From the NCBI GenBank assembly GCA_016873735.1, contig VGWD01000005.1:1929-65928 (forward strand): a DNA stretch of 64,000 nucleotides. Direction: 5' to 3'. The notes under the pieces were generated by a model. The model saw nothing but the letters and a program-made list of their open reading frames with translations, was not told the DNA's origin and searched no databases. This document shows, in pieces, positions 1 through 10,093 of the stretch. Position numbers and translations under genes: made by a program. Origin of the DNA: Ignavibacteria bacterium (lineage in GTDB: Bacteria > Bacteroidota > Ignavibacteria > Kapaibacteriales > UBA961). Position 1 is the first letter of the stretch. Every line of letters starts with the position of its first letter.

Positions 1-2775
1 CAACAAATTCTCCCGAAGGATGCAAGAGCACCTGTAGTATCAAAGATTGCATTGGATGAGATTCCCGTATTGCGTGTTGGCGTCACAGGCTCCATGCAAA
101 ACCGAGAATTCTATCAATTCATGAAAGATAAAATCGTGCCTGCGCTATCAAAAATCGAAGGTGTCGGTAATATTGCATTATTGGGCGGAGAGGAAAGAGA
201 GATAAAAGTCAATGTGAATATTGAGAAAGTTCGGGGATATGGTCTTGGATTGAATCAAATAGCTGGAATGATCAAAGCATCTAATCTGGATTTTCCTACC
301 GGCAAGATTAAGGATGATGATGGACAATATGTTGTTCGTCTTGCAGGAAAATTTACCAGCATAGATCAAATCGGTTCCATCATTGTTGGAAAGTCGCGTG
401 CCGGCGGCTTTGTTCGCCTTCAGGACATCGCAGAAATTGAAGATGGACGAAAAGAATATTCCACAATCAGCAGAATCAATGGCACCACAACAATCGCAAT
501 GTTGATTCAAAAACAAAGTGATGCTAATTCAGTTGATGTAAGCGAAAAAGTGCGCAAACAAATGACCGAATTGGAAACTGAATATGCTCAAGAACAATTA
601 CGATTCAATATAGCTCAGGACGGTTCTCGATTTACGATAGAAGCTGCAAATGCAGTTAAGTTTGATTTGTTTATTGCTATTATCCTTGTCGCAGCGGTGA
701 TGTTTCTCTTTTTGCACTCACTCCGAAATTCATTGATTGTGATGATTGCAATTCCGGCATCATTGTTATCGACATTGTTTGTGATGTATATGCTGAATTA
801 TTCATTGAATCTCATGACGCTTCTCGCAATGTCACTGGTGATTGGTATTCTTGTGGATGATTCAATTGTTGTCTTGGAGAATATTTATCGTCATCTGGAA
901 GTGGGTAAGAATAAACAGCAAGCATCAATAGATGGAAGAAATGAGATTGGATTTGCCGCGCTTTCAATTACCCTGGTGGATGTTGTGGTATTTGTACCAC
1001 TTTCTGTAGTTGGCGGGCTTGTAGGAAATATCATGCGTGAATTTGCAGTTGTGGTGTTCACATCGACATTGATGAGTTTGGTTGTATCATTTACGATCAC
1101 ACCCGCTCTTGCATCAAGATTGGCAAAACTGGAACATCTTTCATCACTTACGCTGATGGGTAGAATCGCTCTGTCCTTTGAGAGATTTTTTGAATCGCTG
1201 GCAAAGCAGTATGAAGAATTGCTTCAGTGGGCATTGAGATCAACATTTAGAAGAGGACTCGTCATTGCCGTATCATTTATGTCCATTATTGCAGGCGGTG
1301 CATTGGTGCCATTGGGCTATATAGGATCTGAGTTCATTTCTCAAACAGATAGAGGTGAATTTGCGGTCACGGTAGAACTACCTCCCGAGTATTCGGTTGA
1401 AGAAACAAATTATGCCGCATTGCATATTGAAGAAATGCTTCGCGAATTTCCGGAAACGGAAAGAATATTTACATCCGTGGGTGTATCAAATGAAGGTCTC
1501 ATAGGTCAGAGTTCAAATAATGCAGTTGAATTCAATGTTACATTATCCTCTCCGAAGCAAAGAACACGAAGCACCGATGAGATCGGTATGCTGATGAAGC
1601 AAAAAATCAGCTCCATTCCTGGTTCAAAAGTAAGGGTAAACCCGATCGGAATTTTTGGAACTGCGAATCAAACCCCGATACAAATCATAGTTGGTGGTAC
1701 AGATTTCCAAGATGTATATGCATCGGCAAAGAAACTTGCAGACATAGCCAAATCGACCAAGGGTGCCGAGGATGTACGAATGAGTGTAGATGAAGGCAAG
1801 CCCGAATCCCGTATAGAATTGGATAGAGATAAAGTCTCTGCATTTGGCTTGACAATTGGTGAAATAGGTAATGCATTACAAATTGCATTATCCGGAGACA
1901 ATTCAGCAAAGTTTAGAGATGAAAATGCGGAATATGACATGCGAATCATATTGGATGAATATGATAGATCACAAACAGAAAAATTACTTCGATTGCCTTT
2001 CGTGAATGCAATGGGTCAGCAGATTGAATTGCAACAATTCGCAACAGTTGTACAATCGAGTGGTCCAACAAAATTGCAGAGAGAAAATAGAAATACTGCA
2101 ATCACTGTGTTTTCTCAGGCGCTCGGCAGACCATCAGGAAATATCGTTGCTGATATTCAAAAGGGCATGGAAGGCCAAACATTGCCGGACGGCGTGTTTA
2201 TCTCTTATCTAGGCGATCAAAAGAACATGAAGGAATCCTTTGTGAGTTTGGGTTTGGCACTTGGTGCTGCTATCCTCTTTGTGTATTTGATCATGGTTGC
2301 ATTGTATGATTCCTATGTCTATCCATTTGTTGTACTCTTTTCCATTCCTGTTGCATTTGTAGGCGCTCTATTGGCCATGGCTTTGAACATGAAGGCATTG
2401 GGCATTTTTCCTGTGCTTGGTATCATCATGATGATCGGCTTGGTAGCAAAGAATGCTATTTTGTTGGTTGATCGTGCGAATCAGGCAAGAAAAGAAGGAT
2501 TATCTGTACTGGAATCACTACTTGACTCGGGTAGAACAAGACTAAGGCCCATTTTAATGACAACGGTTGCAATGATACTTGGGATGCTGCCGATTGCAAT
2601 TTCAAAAAGTTCAGGAGCAGAATGGAAAACAGGATTGTCATGGGCCATCATTGGAGGTCTGTCCAGTTCTTTATTGCTCACTCTTGTATTGGTCCCCGTT
2701 ATATACTATATCGTTGAAACTTTCAAAGAACATAGGCAAAACAAACGCAATCAAGAAGTATATTCTCAAGCGTAG
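1..2775 (+). CDS. RND-family efflux transporter permease (AcrB/HAE1-like), 5'-truncated at the window edge
   Basis: The 907-aa ORF runs to the window start. It shows 12-TM RND architecture with large periplasmic loops. The C-terminal TM bundle motifs are typical of AcrB-type pumps. Confidence 0.85.
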   Translation, partial: QQILPKDARAPVVSKIALDEIPVLRVGVTGSMQNREFYQFMKDKIVPALSKIEGVGNIALLGGEEREIKVNVNIEKVRGYGLGLNQIAGMIKASNLDFPTGKIKDDDGQYVVRLAGKFTSIDQIGSIIVGKSRAGGFVRLQDIAEIEDGRKEYSTISRINGTTTIAMLIQKQSDANSVDVSEKVRKQMTELETEYAQEQLRFNIAQDGSRFTIEAANAVKFDLFIAIILVAAVMFLFLHSLRNSLIVMIAIPASLLSTLFVMYMLNYSLNLMTLLAMSLVIGILVDDSIVVLENIYRHLEVGKNKQQASIDGRNEIGFAALSITLVDVVVFVPLSVVGGLVGNIMREFAVVVFTSTLMSLVVSFTITPALASRLAKLEHLSSLTLMGRIALSFERFFESLAKQYEELLQWALRSTFRRGLVIAVSFMSIIAGGALVPLGYIGSEFISQTDRGEFAVTVELPPEYSVEETNYAALHIEEMLREFPETERIFTSVGVSNEGLIGQSSNNAVEFNVTLSSPKQRTRSTDEIGMLMKQKISSIPGSKVRVNPIGIFGTANQTPIQIIVGGTDFQDVYASAKKLADIAKSTKGAEDVRMSVDEGKPESRIELDRDKVSAFGLTIGEIGNALQIALSGDNSAKFRDENAEYDMRIILDEYDRSQTEKLLRLPFVNAMGQQIELQQFATVVQSSGPTKLQRENRNTAITVFSQALGRPSGNIVADIQKGMEGQTLPDGVFISYLGDQKNMKESFVSLGLALGAAILFVYLIMVALYDSYVYPFVVLFSIPVAFVGALLAMALNMKALGIFPVLGIIMMIGLVAKNAILLVDRANQARKEGLSVLESLLDSGRTRLRPILMTTVAMILGMLPIAISKSSGAEWKTGLSWAIIGGLSSSLLLTLVLVPVIYYIVETFKEHRQNKRNQEVYSQA

Positions 2776-2983
2776 ATAAATAGCGGTACTTCCTTATGAT
2801 ACTGCATGTCATCACCGGAATTTTATGTCTTTTTTGTTTGGTCTAATGCTATACTTGTTCAAAGCACTTGGTGACTCATCAAAGGAAAATACGCCAATAT
2901 TGAGAGAATTGCTGTTATTATTGGGCATAACCGCATTTTGCCATTTGCTCTTTCATTGTTTGCTCACTGATGTGAAGTACAAG

Positions 2984-5557
2984 ATGAAAACATTCCTTGG
3001 ATTACTATTGATAGGACTCAATCTGCTGATACTAAGTTCTTATTCTTCCTTGGCGAAGAATGAACAAATGTCTCTTGTTCTCATGAAAAAGTATCCACTT
3101 CCAATCTCACAGTCCTATGTTGTTGACACCATCCTTCCTATGCAATATATCCGCTCACAATGGAGTGCAGGCTATCATGTGGCGCATATCTCAAGTGGAC
3201 AATTCGGGTATTCTGTGATCATGAATGGTGGCATCATACCACAGAGGATCATTTCTGCGGATACATTTCCCATCATGCAAATTCGTGATCAATTGGCTTT
3301 GGGTTTACGTATTACTGCCATCAGCGGATATCAGGGTAAGTGGGATATAGTGATGACATTGGATAATGGTGTCATGAATCAATATGTGATATTGCAATCA
3401 ACATTTCCTTCGCAAATCATACAATCATATTGGAAGAAAGATTATCGAATAGGCGTTTTGGATTATATCAATGGATATTGGGTTCTCTCCATGAATCGCA
3501 CTATGTTCAGTTCAGCACAGTCATATGCCATACATGATTCCATACCTATTGAGAATTTTGATACCTTCCTAAAAGGATATGCTTTGCGTGAATGCAAGCA
3601 AATTGAAGATAAGTACTTATTTATCATGGAAGGAAATTCTTCAAAAGAAGATGTAATCCGATTTTCCGGGAAACAGCTGACAAAACAAGCGATTGACTCT
3701 GCATGGGAACGTGGTTATGCTTTATGTGCAATGCAAATGTATAAGCCAATCAATCAACATGCCTATTGGTTGAGAGATTCAATTATCGAGATATCATCAC
3801 TTGATATCAATGCATTGCCACAGGACTCACTTTCTCATGCCATATATGATCGGCATATCATGTCTTGCAATGATTGCCTGAGTTCCACCGTGGCAATGAA
3901 AAAGAGATTACAGGGATATCTCATGAACAAAGATACATCGTCCGCCATAGCTATGTATGCAATGTACAAAACAGCATTGCCAACATATAAAGCATGGATA
4001 GATTCATCTCTTGCATTACTTGCAAATCCAATGGATTCAATACAAAAAATAAATCTTGGCTCGCCCATTAATACATCCGGTTCTGAATGGGATCCGGTTC
4101 CATCTCCTGATGGACAATCACTATACCTTTCTGTTCGAGATAGAAGAGGCGGCGAGGGAAGGCAGGATGTATTTGTTGCCGAGCGAAGTGATTCACTGAT
4201 TGGCGGAATGTGGAAGAAGCCAATCAGTATAGGAAAGGGTGTAAATTCCCAGAATGGTGAAGAAACAATCGATAATGTTTCAACGGATGGCAATACACTT
4301 TTTTTATCAGGTACATTCCCCGGTACTTATGGCATGTTTGATATTTATACAGCAGAACGAACTCCGGACGGCTGGGATAATCTTCGCCAAATGCCTCGAC
4401 CAATAAATTCGGAATATCATGATGAAAGCGGTTGTCTTAGTTCGGATGGAAAAGTACTATTATTCAGCTCTGATCGCCCGGGAGCAATTGGTGATTTGTA
4501 TGTTCCAATGAATTATCGATTTGCTGATGGAACTCATGGTAACATGGATTTATGGGCCAGCATCAAAACAGATACCGGTTGGAGCGAGCCGATTAACTTG
4601 GGAGATAAGATCAATACTCCATTTTCAGAGCGCTCTGTGTATTTACATCCGGATGGAAGAACATTGTATTTCTCAAGCAATGGACATCCCGGAATGGGTG
4701 GTTTGGACGTATTTGTTTCTTATCGTTTGAATGAAGATTCATGGACTGAATGGACAGTGCCAAAGAATATGGGAAGAGCCATCAATACAATTGATGATGA
4801 TTTCAGTTATAAAATCACCGTCTCAGGTGATACTGCTTATTATGCTGCTCAAGATGCTCCTGACGGACTTGGACAATGGGATGTTTACAGAGTGATTATT
4901 CCAAAGAATGTAAGGCCACAACCTATTGCTTCATTATCTGGTAAAGTACTAGATAAATTGACCAAAAAACCAATATCGGGATCTATCATATGGGAAGATT
5001 TGCAAACCGGTAAAAAAGTCGGGTCATCAACCGTGAATCCAAATGATGGATCATACTTTATTGTATTACCACTTGGAAAGAAATATGGATATTATGCAAG
5101 TGCAGACGGATATTATCCCTCTTCTTCGAATATCGATTTGAAAAAACAACAATCTGCGCTTTCAAAAAAATATGATATTCAATTGTCGGCAATGCCGGCA
5201 TCAAAAGAAAAAGAATTGACTGTTGAATTATCAAATGTCTTTTTTGATTATGGTTCGGCACAGCTATTGGAAGAATCACAGCCTGAATTACGCAGATTTG
5301 CAACAATCATTAAAGAAAAAGGCTATACAAAAATCTTGATTTCAGGGCATACCGATGATATTGGTTCTGATGCATTTAATGACCGTTTGTCCTTTCTTAG
5401 GGCCAATGCCGTAAAAAATTATCTCATTACACTGGGACTTTCTCGTGGAATTCTGCAAGCCAAAGGATTTGGCAAGAGAAATCCACGATCCTTAGAAAAG
5501 ACAGCAGAGGCAAATGCAGAAAACCGCCGAGTGGAAGTAACAATATCGGGAAGATGA
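2984..5557 (+). CDS. Outer-membrane-associated protein: signal peptide, uncharacterised about 400-aa N-terminal region, TolB-like PD40 beta-propeller repeats, C-terminal OmpA/MotB peptidoglycan-binding domain
   Basis: The likely true start is the ATG at 2984 (MKTFLGLLLIGLNLLILSS signal peptide). Repeated 'PDGxxLYFSS.R.GG' PD40 motifs occur in the middle. The C-terminus has the OmpA_C-like block 'FDYGSAQL...GHTDDIGSDAFNDRLSFLRANAVKNYL...NRRVEV'. Confidence 0.7.
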   Translation: MKTFLGLLLIGLNLLILSSYSSLAKNEQMSLVLMKKYPLPISQSYVVDTILPMQYIRSQWSAGYHVAHISSGQFGYSVIMNGGIIPQRIISADTFPIMQIRDQLALGLRITAISGYQGKWDIVMTLDNGVMNQYVILQSTFPSQIIQSYWKKDYRIGVLDYINGYWVLSMNRTMFSSAQSYAIHDSIPIENFDTFLKGYALRECKQIEDKYLFIMEGNSSKEDVIRFSGKQLTKQAIDSAWERGYALCAMQMYKPINQHAYWLRDSIIEISSLDINALPQDSLSHAIYDRHIMSCNDCLSSTVAMKKRLQGYLMNKDTSSAIAMYAMYKTALPTYKAWIDSSLALLANPMDSIQKINLGSPINTSGSEWDPVPSPDGQSLYLSVRDRRGGEGRQDVFVAERSDSLIGGMWKKPISIGKGVNSQNGEETIDNVSTDGNTLFLSGTFPGTYGMFDIYTAERTPDGWDNLRQMPRPINSEYHDESGCLSSDGKVLLFSSDRPGAIGDLYVPMNYRFADGTHGNMDLWASIKTDTGWSEPINLGDKINTPFSERSVYLHPDGRTLYFSSNGHPGMGGLDVFVSYRLNEDSWTEWTVPKNMGRAINTIDDDFSYKITVSGDTAYYAAQDAPDGLGQWDVYRVIIPKNVRPQPIASLSGKVLDKLTKKPISGSIIWEDLQTGKKVGSSTVNPNDGSYFIVLPLGKKYGYYASADGYYPSSSNIDLKKQQSALSKKYDIQLSAMPASKEKELTVELSNVFFDYGSAQLLEESQPELRRFATIIKEKGYTKILISGHTDDIGSDAFNDRLSFLRANAVKNYLITLGLSRGILQAKGFGKRNPRSLEKTAEANAENRRVEVTISGR

Positions 5558-5572
5558 AGTTTGAAAATTGGG

Positions 5573-5580
5573 TATCTTTG
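5573..5580 (+). promoter_or_regulatory. Candidate Bacteroidota-type -7 promoter element TATCTTTG upstream of tgt
   Basis: It matches TAnnTTTG and lies 31 nt upstream of the tgt ATG. Confidence 0.3.
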
Positions 5581-5610
5581 CATTCACACTGACAAATCCA
5601 GACCCTTTAA

Positions 5611-6732
5611 ATGGCATTTTTCACCCTCAATCATACAGATCTGCATAGCCGGGCCAGAGCCGGAGTCATAACCACTGATCATGGTATGATTGAAACTCCG
5701 ATATTTATGCCTGTTGGAACCGTTGGTTCAGTGAAGGCAATCGAACAAAGAGAATTGTTGGAAATAGGAGCCCAAATCATCCTGGGAAATACATATCATT
5801 TGTATTTAAGACCGGGTGAAGATGTACTCACCCATTTTTCAGGACATCATCGATTCATTTCTTGGGAAAAACCAATTCTAACAGACTCCGGCGGTTATCA
5901 AGTATTCTCATTGAAAGAATTGAGAAAAATAACCGAACAAGGTGTGGAGTTTCGCTCCCATATTGATGGATCCAAGCATTTCTTCTCACCGGAACGAGTG
6001 ATAGAAATACAACGTTGTATAGGAAGTGATATCATGATGGTGCTTGATGAATGCACCTCATTTCCGGCTACGCACGAAGAGGCAAAAACCTCAATGGATT
6101 TGACTCTTAGATGGGCAAAGAGAAATATTGATGCATTCAAGGCCACCAGCCCAAGATATGAACATGCGCAATATCTATTTGGGATTGGTCAAGGAAGCAC
6201 ATATAAAGATCTCAGATCGCAATGCATGGAACAATTGATAGATCATGATTTTGATGGCTATGCAATCGGTGGTCTTGCGGTTGGCGAACCTTCTTTTGAC
6301 ATGTATGATATCATCGATCATTCAACGAATGTGATGCCTCCCAATAAGCCAAGATATCTAATGGGAGTCGGTACTCCCGAAAATATACTTACAGCCATCG
6401 AAATGGGTGTTGATATGTTTGATTGCGTCATGCCAACCAGGAATGCCCGCAATGGTACCATCTTCACCACTCGTGGCAGAATGAATGTCCGTAATCTCAA
6501 AAATAAATTCAGTGATGAGCCAATTGATCCGGGCTTGGACCTCTATGCATCAAGAGAATTTTCATTGGGATATTTACGGCATCTCTTCACAGTAGGAGAA
6601 ATCTTGGGTCTGCAACTTGCAACATTGCAGAATCTTGGCTTTTATATGTGGCTTGTACGCGAAGCAAGAAAACACATTCTTGATAATACATATTCTCAAT
6701 GGAAAACTTCAATTTTGGAAATCATTAAGTAA
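5611..6732 (+). CDS. tgt: Queuine tRNA-ribosyltransferase (tRNA-guanine transglycosylase)
   Basis: It has the Tgt TIM-barrel motifs 'LGNTYHLYLRPG', 'DSGGYQV' and 'MLDEC'. The zinc site 'CVMPTRNARNG' is present and the length is 373 aa. Confidence 0.9.
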   Translation: MAFFTLNHTDLHSRARAGVITTDHGMIETPIFMPVGTVGSVKAIEQRELLEIGAQIILGNTYHLYLRPGEDVLTHFSGHHRFISWEKPILTDSGGYQVFSLKELRKITEQGVEFRSHIDGSKHFFSPERVIEIQRCIGSDIMMVLDECTSFPATHEEAKTSMDLTLRWAKRNIDAFKATSPRYEHAQYLFGIGQGSTYKDLRSQCMEQLIDHDFDGYAIGGLAVGEPSFDMYDIIDHSTNVMPPNKPRYLMGVGTPENILTAIEMGVDMFDCVMPTRNARNGTIFTTRGRMNVRNLKNKFSDEPIDPGLDLYASREFSLGYLRHLFTVGEILGLQLATLQNLGFYMWLVREARKHILDNTYSQWKTSILEIIK

Positions 6733-6756
6733 TCATTACATACAAAAGGTAAGACA

Positions 6757-7083
6757 ATGCCCATTTTTCCGATCGAACTACATGCTCAACAAGGTCAAGC
6801 AGCAGGTGGAGACTCTATTTCTCAATTACTCACATCCCTTTTGCCAATGGCAGCAATATTTGCTGTTTTCTATTTCTTGATGATTCGTCCTCAAAGAAAG
6901 CGTCATAATGATCATTTGAAGATGATCTCTGAATTGAAAAAAGGAGACAAAGTAGTTACATCTGCCGGAATTCACGGTACTGTAGATTCAGTCGATGAAT
7001 CAGGCATCATCAAGTTAAAAATCGCTGATGCAACCATTATCAAAATAGACAAAGTTGCTATTTCACAAATCAATGTACAGTAA
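6757..7083 (+). CDS. yajC: Preprotein translocase subunit YajC
   Basis: It has a single TM plus the YajC signature 'FYFLMIRPQRKRHNDHLKMISELKKGDKVVTSAGIHGTV'. It follows tgt, as is usual. Confidence 0.8.
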   Translation: MPIFPIELHAQQGQAAGGDSISQLLTSLLPMAAIFAVFYFLMIRPQRKRHNDHLKMISELKKGDKVVTSAGIHGTVDSVDESGIIKLKIADATIIKIDKVAISQINVQ

Positions 7084-7086
7084 TCT

Positions 7087-8295
7087 ATGAAACAAACGTT
7101 CGATTCAATAGAACAAGCAGTCAAAGATCTGCAAGCCGGTAAAGTGGTGGTAGTTCTTGATGATGAAGACAGAGAAAATGAAGGTGATATTATTTGCGCA
7201 GCAGAGTTTTGTACTCCTGAACAAGTGAATTTCATGGCTTCTCAAGCCAAGGGATTGATTTGCGTGGCATTGCCATCAGAAAAAGCCATTGCTTTGGATC
7301 TAGCACCAATGGTTCCTGACAATACGGCATTGCATGGCACAAAATTTACTGTTTCAATCGATTATCTTCATGGTACGAGTTCAGGCATATCAGCAAGTGA
7401 TAGATCTGCTACGATAAAAGCCTTGGTTCAGCCGAATATTACACCTGATGATTTTGGAAGACCCGGTCATATTTTTCCACTCATTGCAGTGGAAGAAGGA
7501 GTGCTTCGCAGAGCAGGACATACAGAAGCTGTTGTTGACTTGATGAAACTTGGTGGTCTCCAACCTGTAGGAGTGCTTTGCGAGATCCTCGCCGAAGACG
7601 GAACTATGATGCGAACAACACAATTGATGGAGTTTTCAGAAAAACATCAATTATCGATCATTACCGTGAAAGACCTTATCAGGTATAGATTAAACAAAGA
7701 ACAATTGGTTACTGCTGTAGCCAAAGCCAAATTACCAACTGAATTTGGTGATTTCATGTTACAAGTGTTTGCCAATACCGTTGATGGCAAAGAGCATGTA
7801 GCTTTGGTTAAGGGAACATGGAATGAAGATGAACCCATACTTGTGAGAGTACATAGTGAATGCTTAACCGGTGATATTTTTCATTCTCTTCGTTGCGATT
7901 GCGGCCCACAGTTATCTGCCGCATTGTCCATGATTCAAGAAGCTGAACAAGGTGTGCTTCTCTATATGCGCCAAGAAGGAAGAGGTATTGGCTTGGTAAA
8001 TAAAGTCAAAGCTTATTCATTGCAAGAACAAGGGCTTGACACCGTTGAGGCAAATGAACAGTTGGGTTTTCAACCTGATCCAAGGGATTATGGCATAGGA
8101 GCTCAGATTTTGGCTTCATTGGGTGTGCGAAAGATGAAATTACTGACAAATAACCCCACAAAAAGGGTAGGCCTGGAAAGCTATGGACTTGAAGTGGTTG
8201 AAAGAGTACCAATTGAAATGCAGCCAAATTCGGTCAATCGCGATTATCTCGAGACTAAAAAGGTGAAAATGGGCCACTTATTGACCCATCTCTAG
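7087..8295 (+). CDS. ribBA: Bifunctional 3,4-dihydroxy-2-butanone-4-phosphate synthase / GTP cyclohydrolase II
   Basis: The N-terminal DHBP synthase motif is '[21 protein letters not shown]'. The C-terminal GTP cyclohydrolase II zinc motif is '[18 protein letters not shown]'. Confidence 0.9.
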   Translation: MKQTFDSIEQAVKDLQAGKVVVVLDDEDRENEGDIICAAEFCTPEQVNFMASQAKGLICVALPSEKAIALDLAPMVPDNTALHGTKFTVSIDYLHGTSSGISASDRSATIKALVQPNITPDDFGRPGHIFPLIAVEEGVLRRAGHTEAVVDLMKLGGLQPVGVLCEILAEDGTMMRTTQLMEFSEKHQLSIITVKDLIRYRLNKEQLVTAVAKAKLPTEFGDFMLQVFANTVDGKEHVALVKGTWNEDEPILVRVHSECLTGDIFHSLRCDCGPQLSAALSMIQEAEQGVLLYMRQEGRGIGLVNKVKAYSLQEQGLDTVEANEQLGFQPDPRDYGIGAQILASLGVRKMKLLTNNPTKRVGLESYGLEVVERVPIEMQPNSVNRDYLETKKVKMGHLLTHL

Positions 8296-8358
8296 GTTTT
8301 GTCATCTTATAAAAATTCTCTACTTTTGTTGCGTACTTCGTGCACGCCACGAGGCAAA

Positions 8359-8390
8359 GTCGTTATGAACATAACGGCTTTGTTTTTTTT
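8359..8390 (+). terminator. Intrinsic terminator-like hairpin plus U-tract between ribBA and greA. It could equally be a greA leader attenuator.
   Basis: An 8-bp stem GTCGTTAT/ATAACGGC with loop GAAC is followed by TTTGTTTTTTTT. Confidence 0.5.
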
Positions 8391-8420
8391 ACAACATTCA
8401 CATTGAATCTGGAGAAATCC

Positions 8421-8903
8421 ATGTCATCCGGCCCAGTATACATGACCCGCGAAGGTGTCGCTAAAATGGAAGATGAATTGAGGCAACTCAAGGGAAAGGG
8501 AAGAACGGAAATAGCTCAAAAAATCGCCTATGCCCGTTCACACGGAGATCTCTCTGAAAATGCAGATTATGATGCTGCAAAACATGAGCAAGAATTGCTC
8601 GAAATGCGCATTTCAAAACTCGAATCAACATTGATGAAAGTACAGGTGATCGATTCAAAAGATCTACCAGATGATAAAATATATATCCTCTCAAAAGTAA
8701 AGCTAAAGAATCTCAATAACAGTAAAATAATTGTGTATTCTCTTGTAAGTGCGGAAGAGGCCGATTTTCAGGCGAATAAACTTGCGGTTTCTTCACCTTT
8801 GGGAAAAGCTCTATTGGGCAAAACCGTTGGTGATAAGGTTATTACCAAAGCCCCGGCAGGAGAAATAGAGTATGAAGTCCTTGAAATTGGTAAAATCATT
8901 TGA
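8421..8903 (+). CDS. greA: Transcription elongation factor GreA
   Basis: A GGAG ribosome-binding site precedes the ATG at 8421. The GreA N-terminal coiled coil and C-terminal FKBP-like domain are present, with 'HGDLSENADYDAAKHEQ'. Confidence 0.85.
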   Translation: MSSGPVYMTREGVAKMEDELRQLKGKGRTEIAQKIAYARSHGDLSENADYDAAKHEQELLEMRISKLESTLMKVQVIDSKDLPDDKIYILSKVKLKNLNNSKIIVYSLVSAEEADFQANKLAVSSPLGKALLGKTVGDKVITKAPAGEIEYEVLEIGKII

Positions 8904-8939
8904 TTTAAACCTTTTTATGAGAAAACCAATCTAAATCCC

Positions 8940-9536
8940 ATGAATGATCGCATGGGATTTTCTTTTGATTTGATGAAATCAGAATCTGACATAGCCGATT
9001 TGCTTTCAAAAGGCAAAAGTCATGAAGCAATGAATTGTATCATGTCGCAGTTCAAGCGATTTGTCCATTCCATTGCAATACGATATATGCGCGATGATGA
9101 AGATGCAAAAGACATAACACAGGAAGTTTTCATCAAAGTATATCAATTTTTGAATACATTTCGAGGTGAGTCGCATATTCGTACATGGTTATATGCTATT
9201 ACAAGAAATATGTGTTTGAATGCTCTCGAAAAGAAAAAACGTCGAGGACATATCACAAGAATAGATACCTATGAACAATTTGATATTCCCGCTGAGGAGC
9301 ACTCAGATTCACTTATTACTGATTCTGAATTTTCTTCTTTTTTTGCCGATTGCATGTCGATATTGCCTGAAAAACAAAGAGAAACATTTATACTTCGCCA
9401 TGTGGAAGAACTTTCTTATGAAGAAATATCTAAAATGCTGGGAACGAGCATTGGTGGTTTAAAAGCAAACTACTTTCAAGCAGTTCAGAAATTAGCTCAA
9501 TATCTAGGATCAAAAGATAAAAAGGAACACATATGA
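8940..9536 (+). CDS. RNA polymerase ECF-type sigma-70 factor (sigma-24 family)
   Basis: Region 2 is 'ITQEVFIKVYQFLNTFRGESHIRTWLYAITRN'. The region 4 HTH is 'ELSYEEISKMLGTSIGGLKANYFQAVQKL'. Confidence 0.85.
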   Translation: MNDRMGFSFDLMKSESDIADLLSKGKSHEAMNCIMSQFKRFVHSIAIRYMRDDEDAKDITQEVFIKVYQFLNTFRGESHIRTWLYAITRNMCLNALEKKKRRGHITRIDTYEQFDIPAEEHSDSLITDSEFSSFFADCMSILPEKQRETFILRHVEELSYEEISKMLGTSIGGLKANYFQAVQKLAQYLGSKDKKEHI

Positions 9537-10093
9537 ATGACAAACATGAAATATTGTCGCTCTTTCCGGATCATATTAACGGAAAATTAGCTGAACATGA
9601 TAAGCTCATTGTTGATGAAGCTCTTCGTTCTTCTCCGGAACTCAAAGCTGAATATGATGAGTATGTTCAGGTATTTCACTTGCTCAATAAGACAGATATT
9701 CTATCTACCATGGAAGCCAAAGCAGATACATTCGCATTGAAATCCATAAAGCCAAAAATGATGAGGCCTATGCAAATTATGATTGGTTCTGTTACAACTC
9801 TGGCTGCTTGCCTTCTTGTTTGGATCGGCATTACTTCAACTGATCATGTATCTTCTATTGAGAAGTCTCCTGTGACAGTCGGTCACATTGAAGTAGAATC
9901 AGTTTCGTATGCTGATAATATGAATGGAACCAATATCAGTACAGATGATTTGGAAGATATCATGCTTGAGGAAGTTTTAACTTTATATGTTCGCGATATT
10001 GAATCGGATTTGGATGCACCTCTCAATCCTGTTTTGGAAGAAGAAATCACCAAGTATCTTTTAAAGGAATCTCAAGATGAAGAATCGATGTAA
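9533..10093 (+). CDS. Putative anti-sigma factor (single-pass membrane protein), translationally coupled to the ECF sigma
   Basis: Its ATGA start overlaps the sigma stop. It has a short cytoplasmic N-terminal domain, one TM helix (GSVTTLAACLLVWIGI) and an acidic periplasmic tail. Confidence 0.5.
   Translation: MNDKHEILSLFPDHINGKLAEHDKLIVDEALRSSPELKAEYDEYVQVFHLLNKTDILSTMEAKADTFALKSIKPKMMRPMQIMIGSVTTLAACLLVWIGITSTDHVSSIEKSPVTVGHIEVESVSYADNMNGTNISTDDLEDIMLEEVLTLYVRDIESDLDAPLNPVLEEEITKYLLKESQDEESM

Noticed and set aside
6757-7083. Absence of secD/secF after yajC, suggesting a rearranged Sec operon.
   Set aside because: This is lineage-specific gene-order variation. secDF are probably elsewhere, and it does not point to anything novel.
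7084-7086. FMN riboswitch (RFN element) expected upstream of ribBA.
   Set aside because: ribBA starts 3 nt after yajC, so there is no room for a leader. ribBA is evidently co-transcribed with tgt-yajC.
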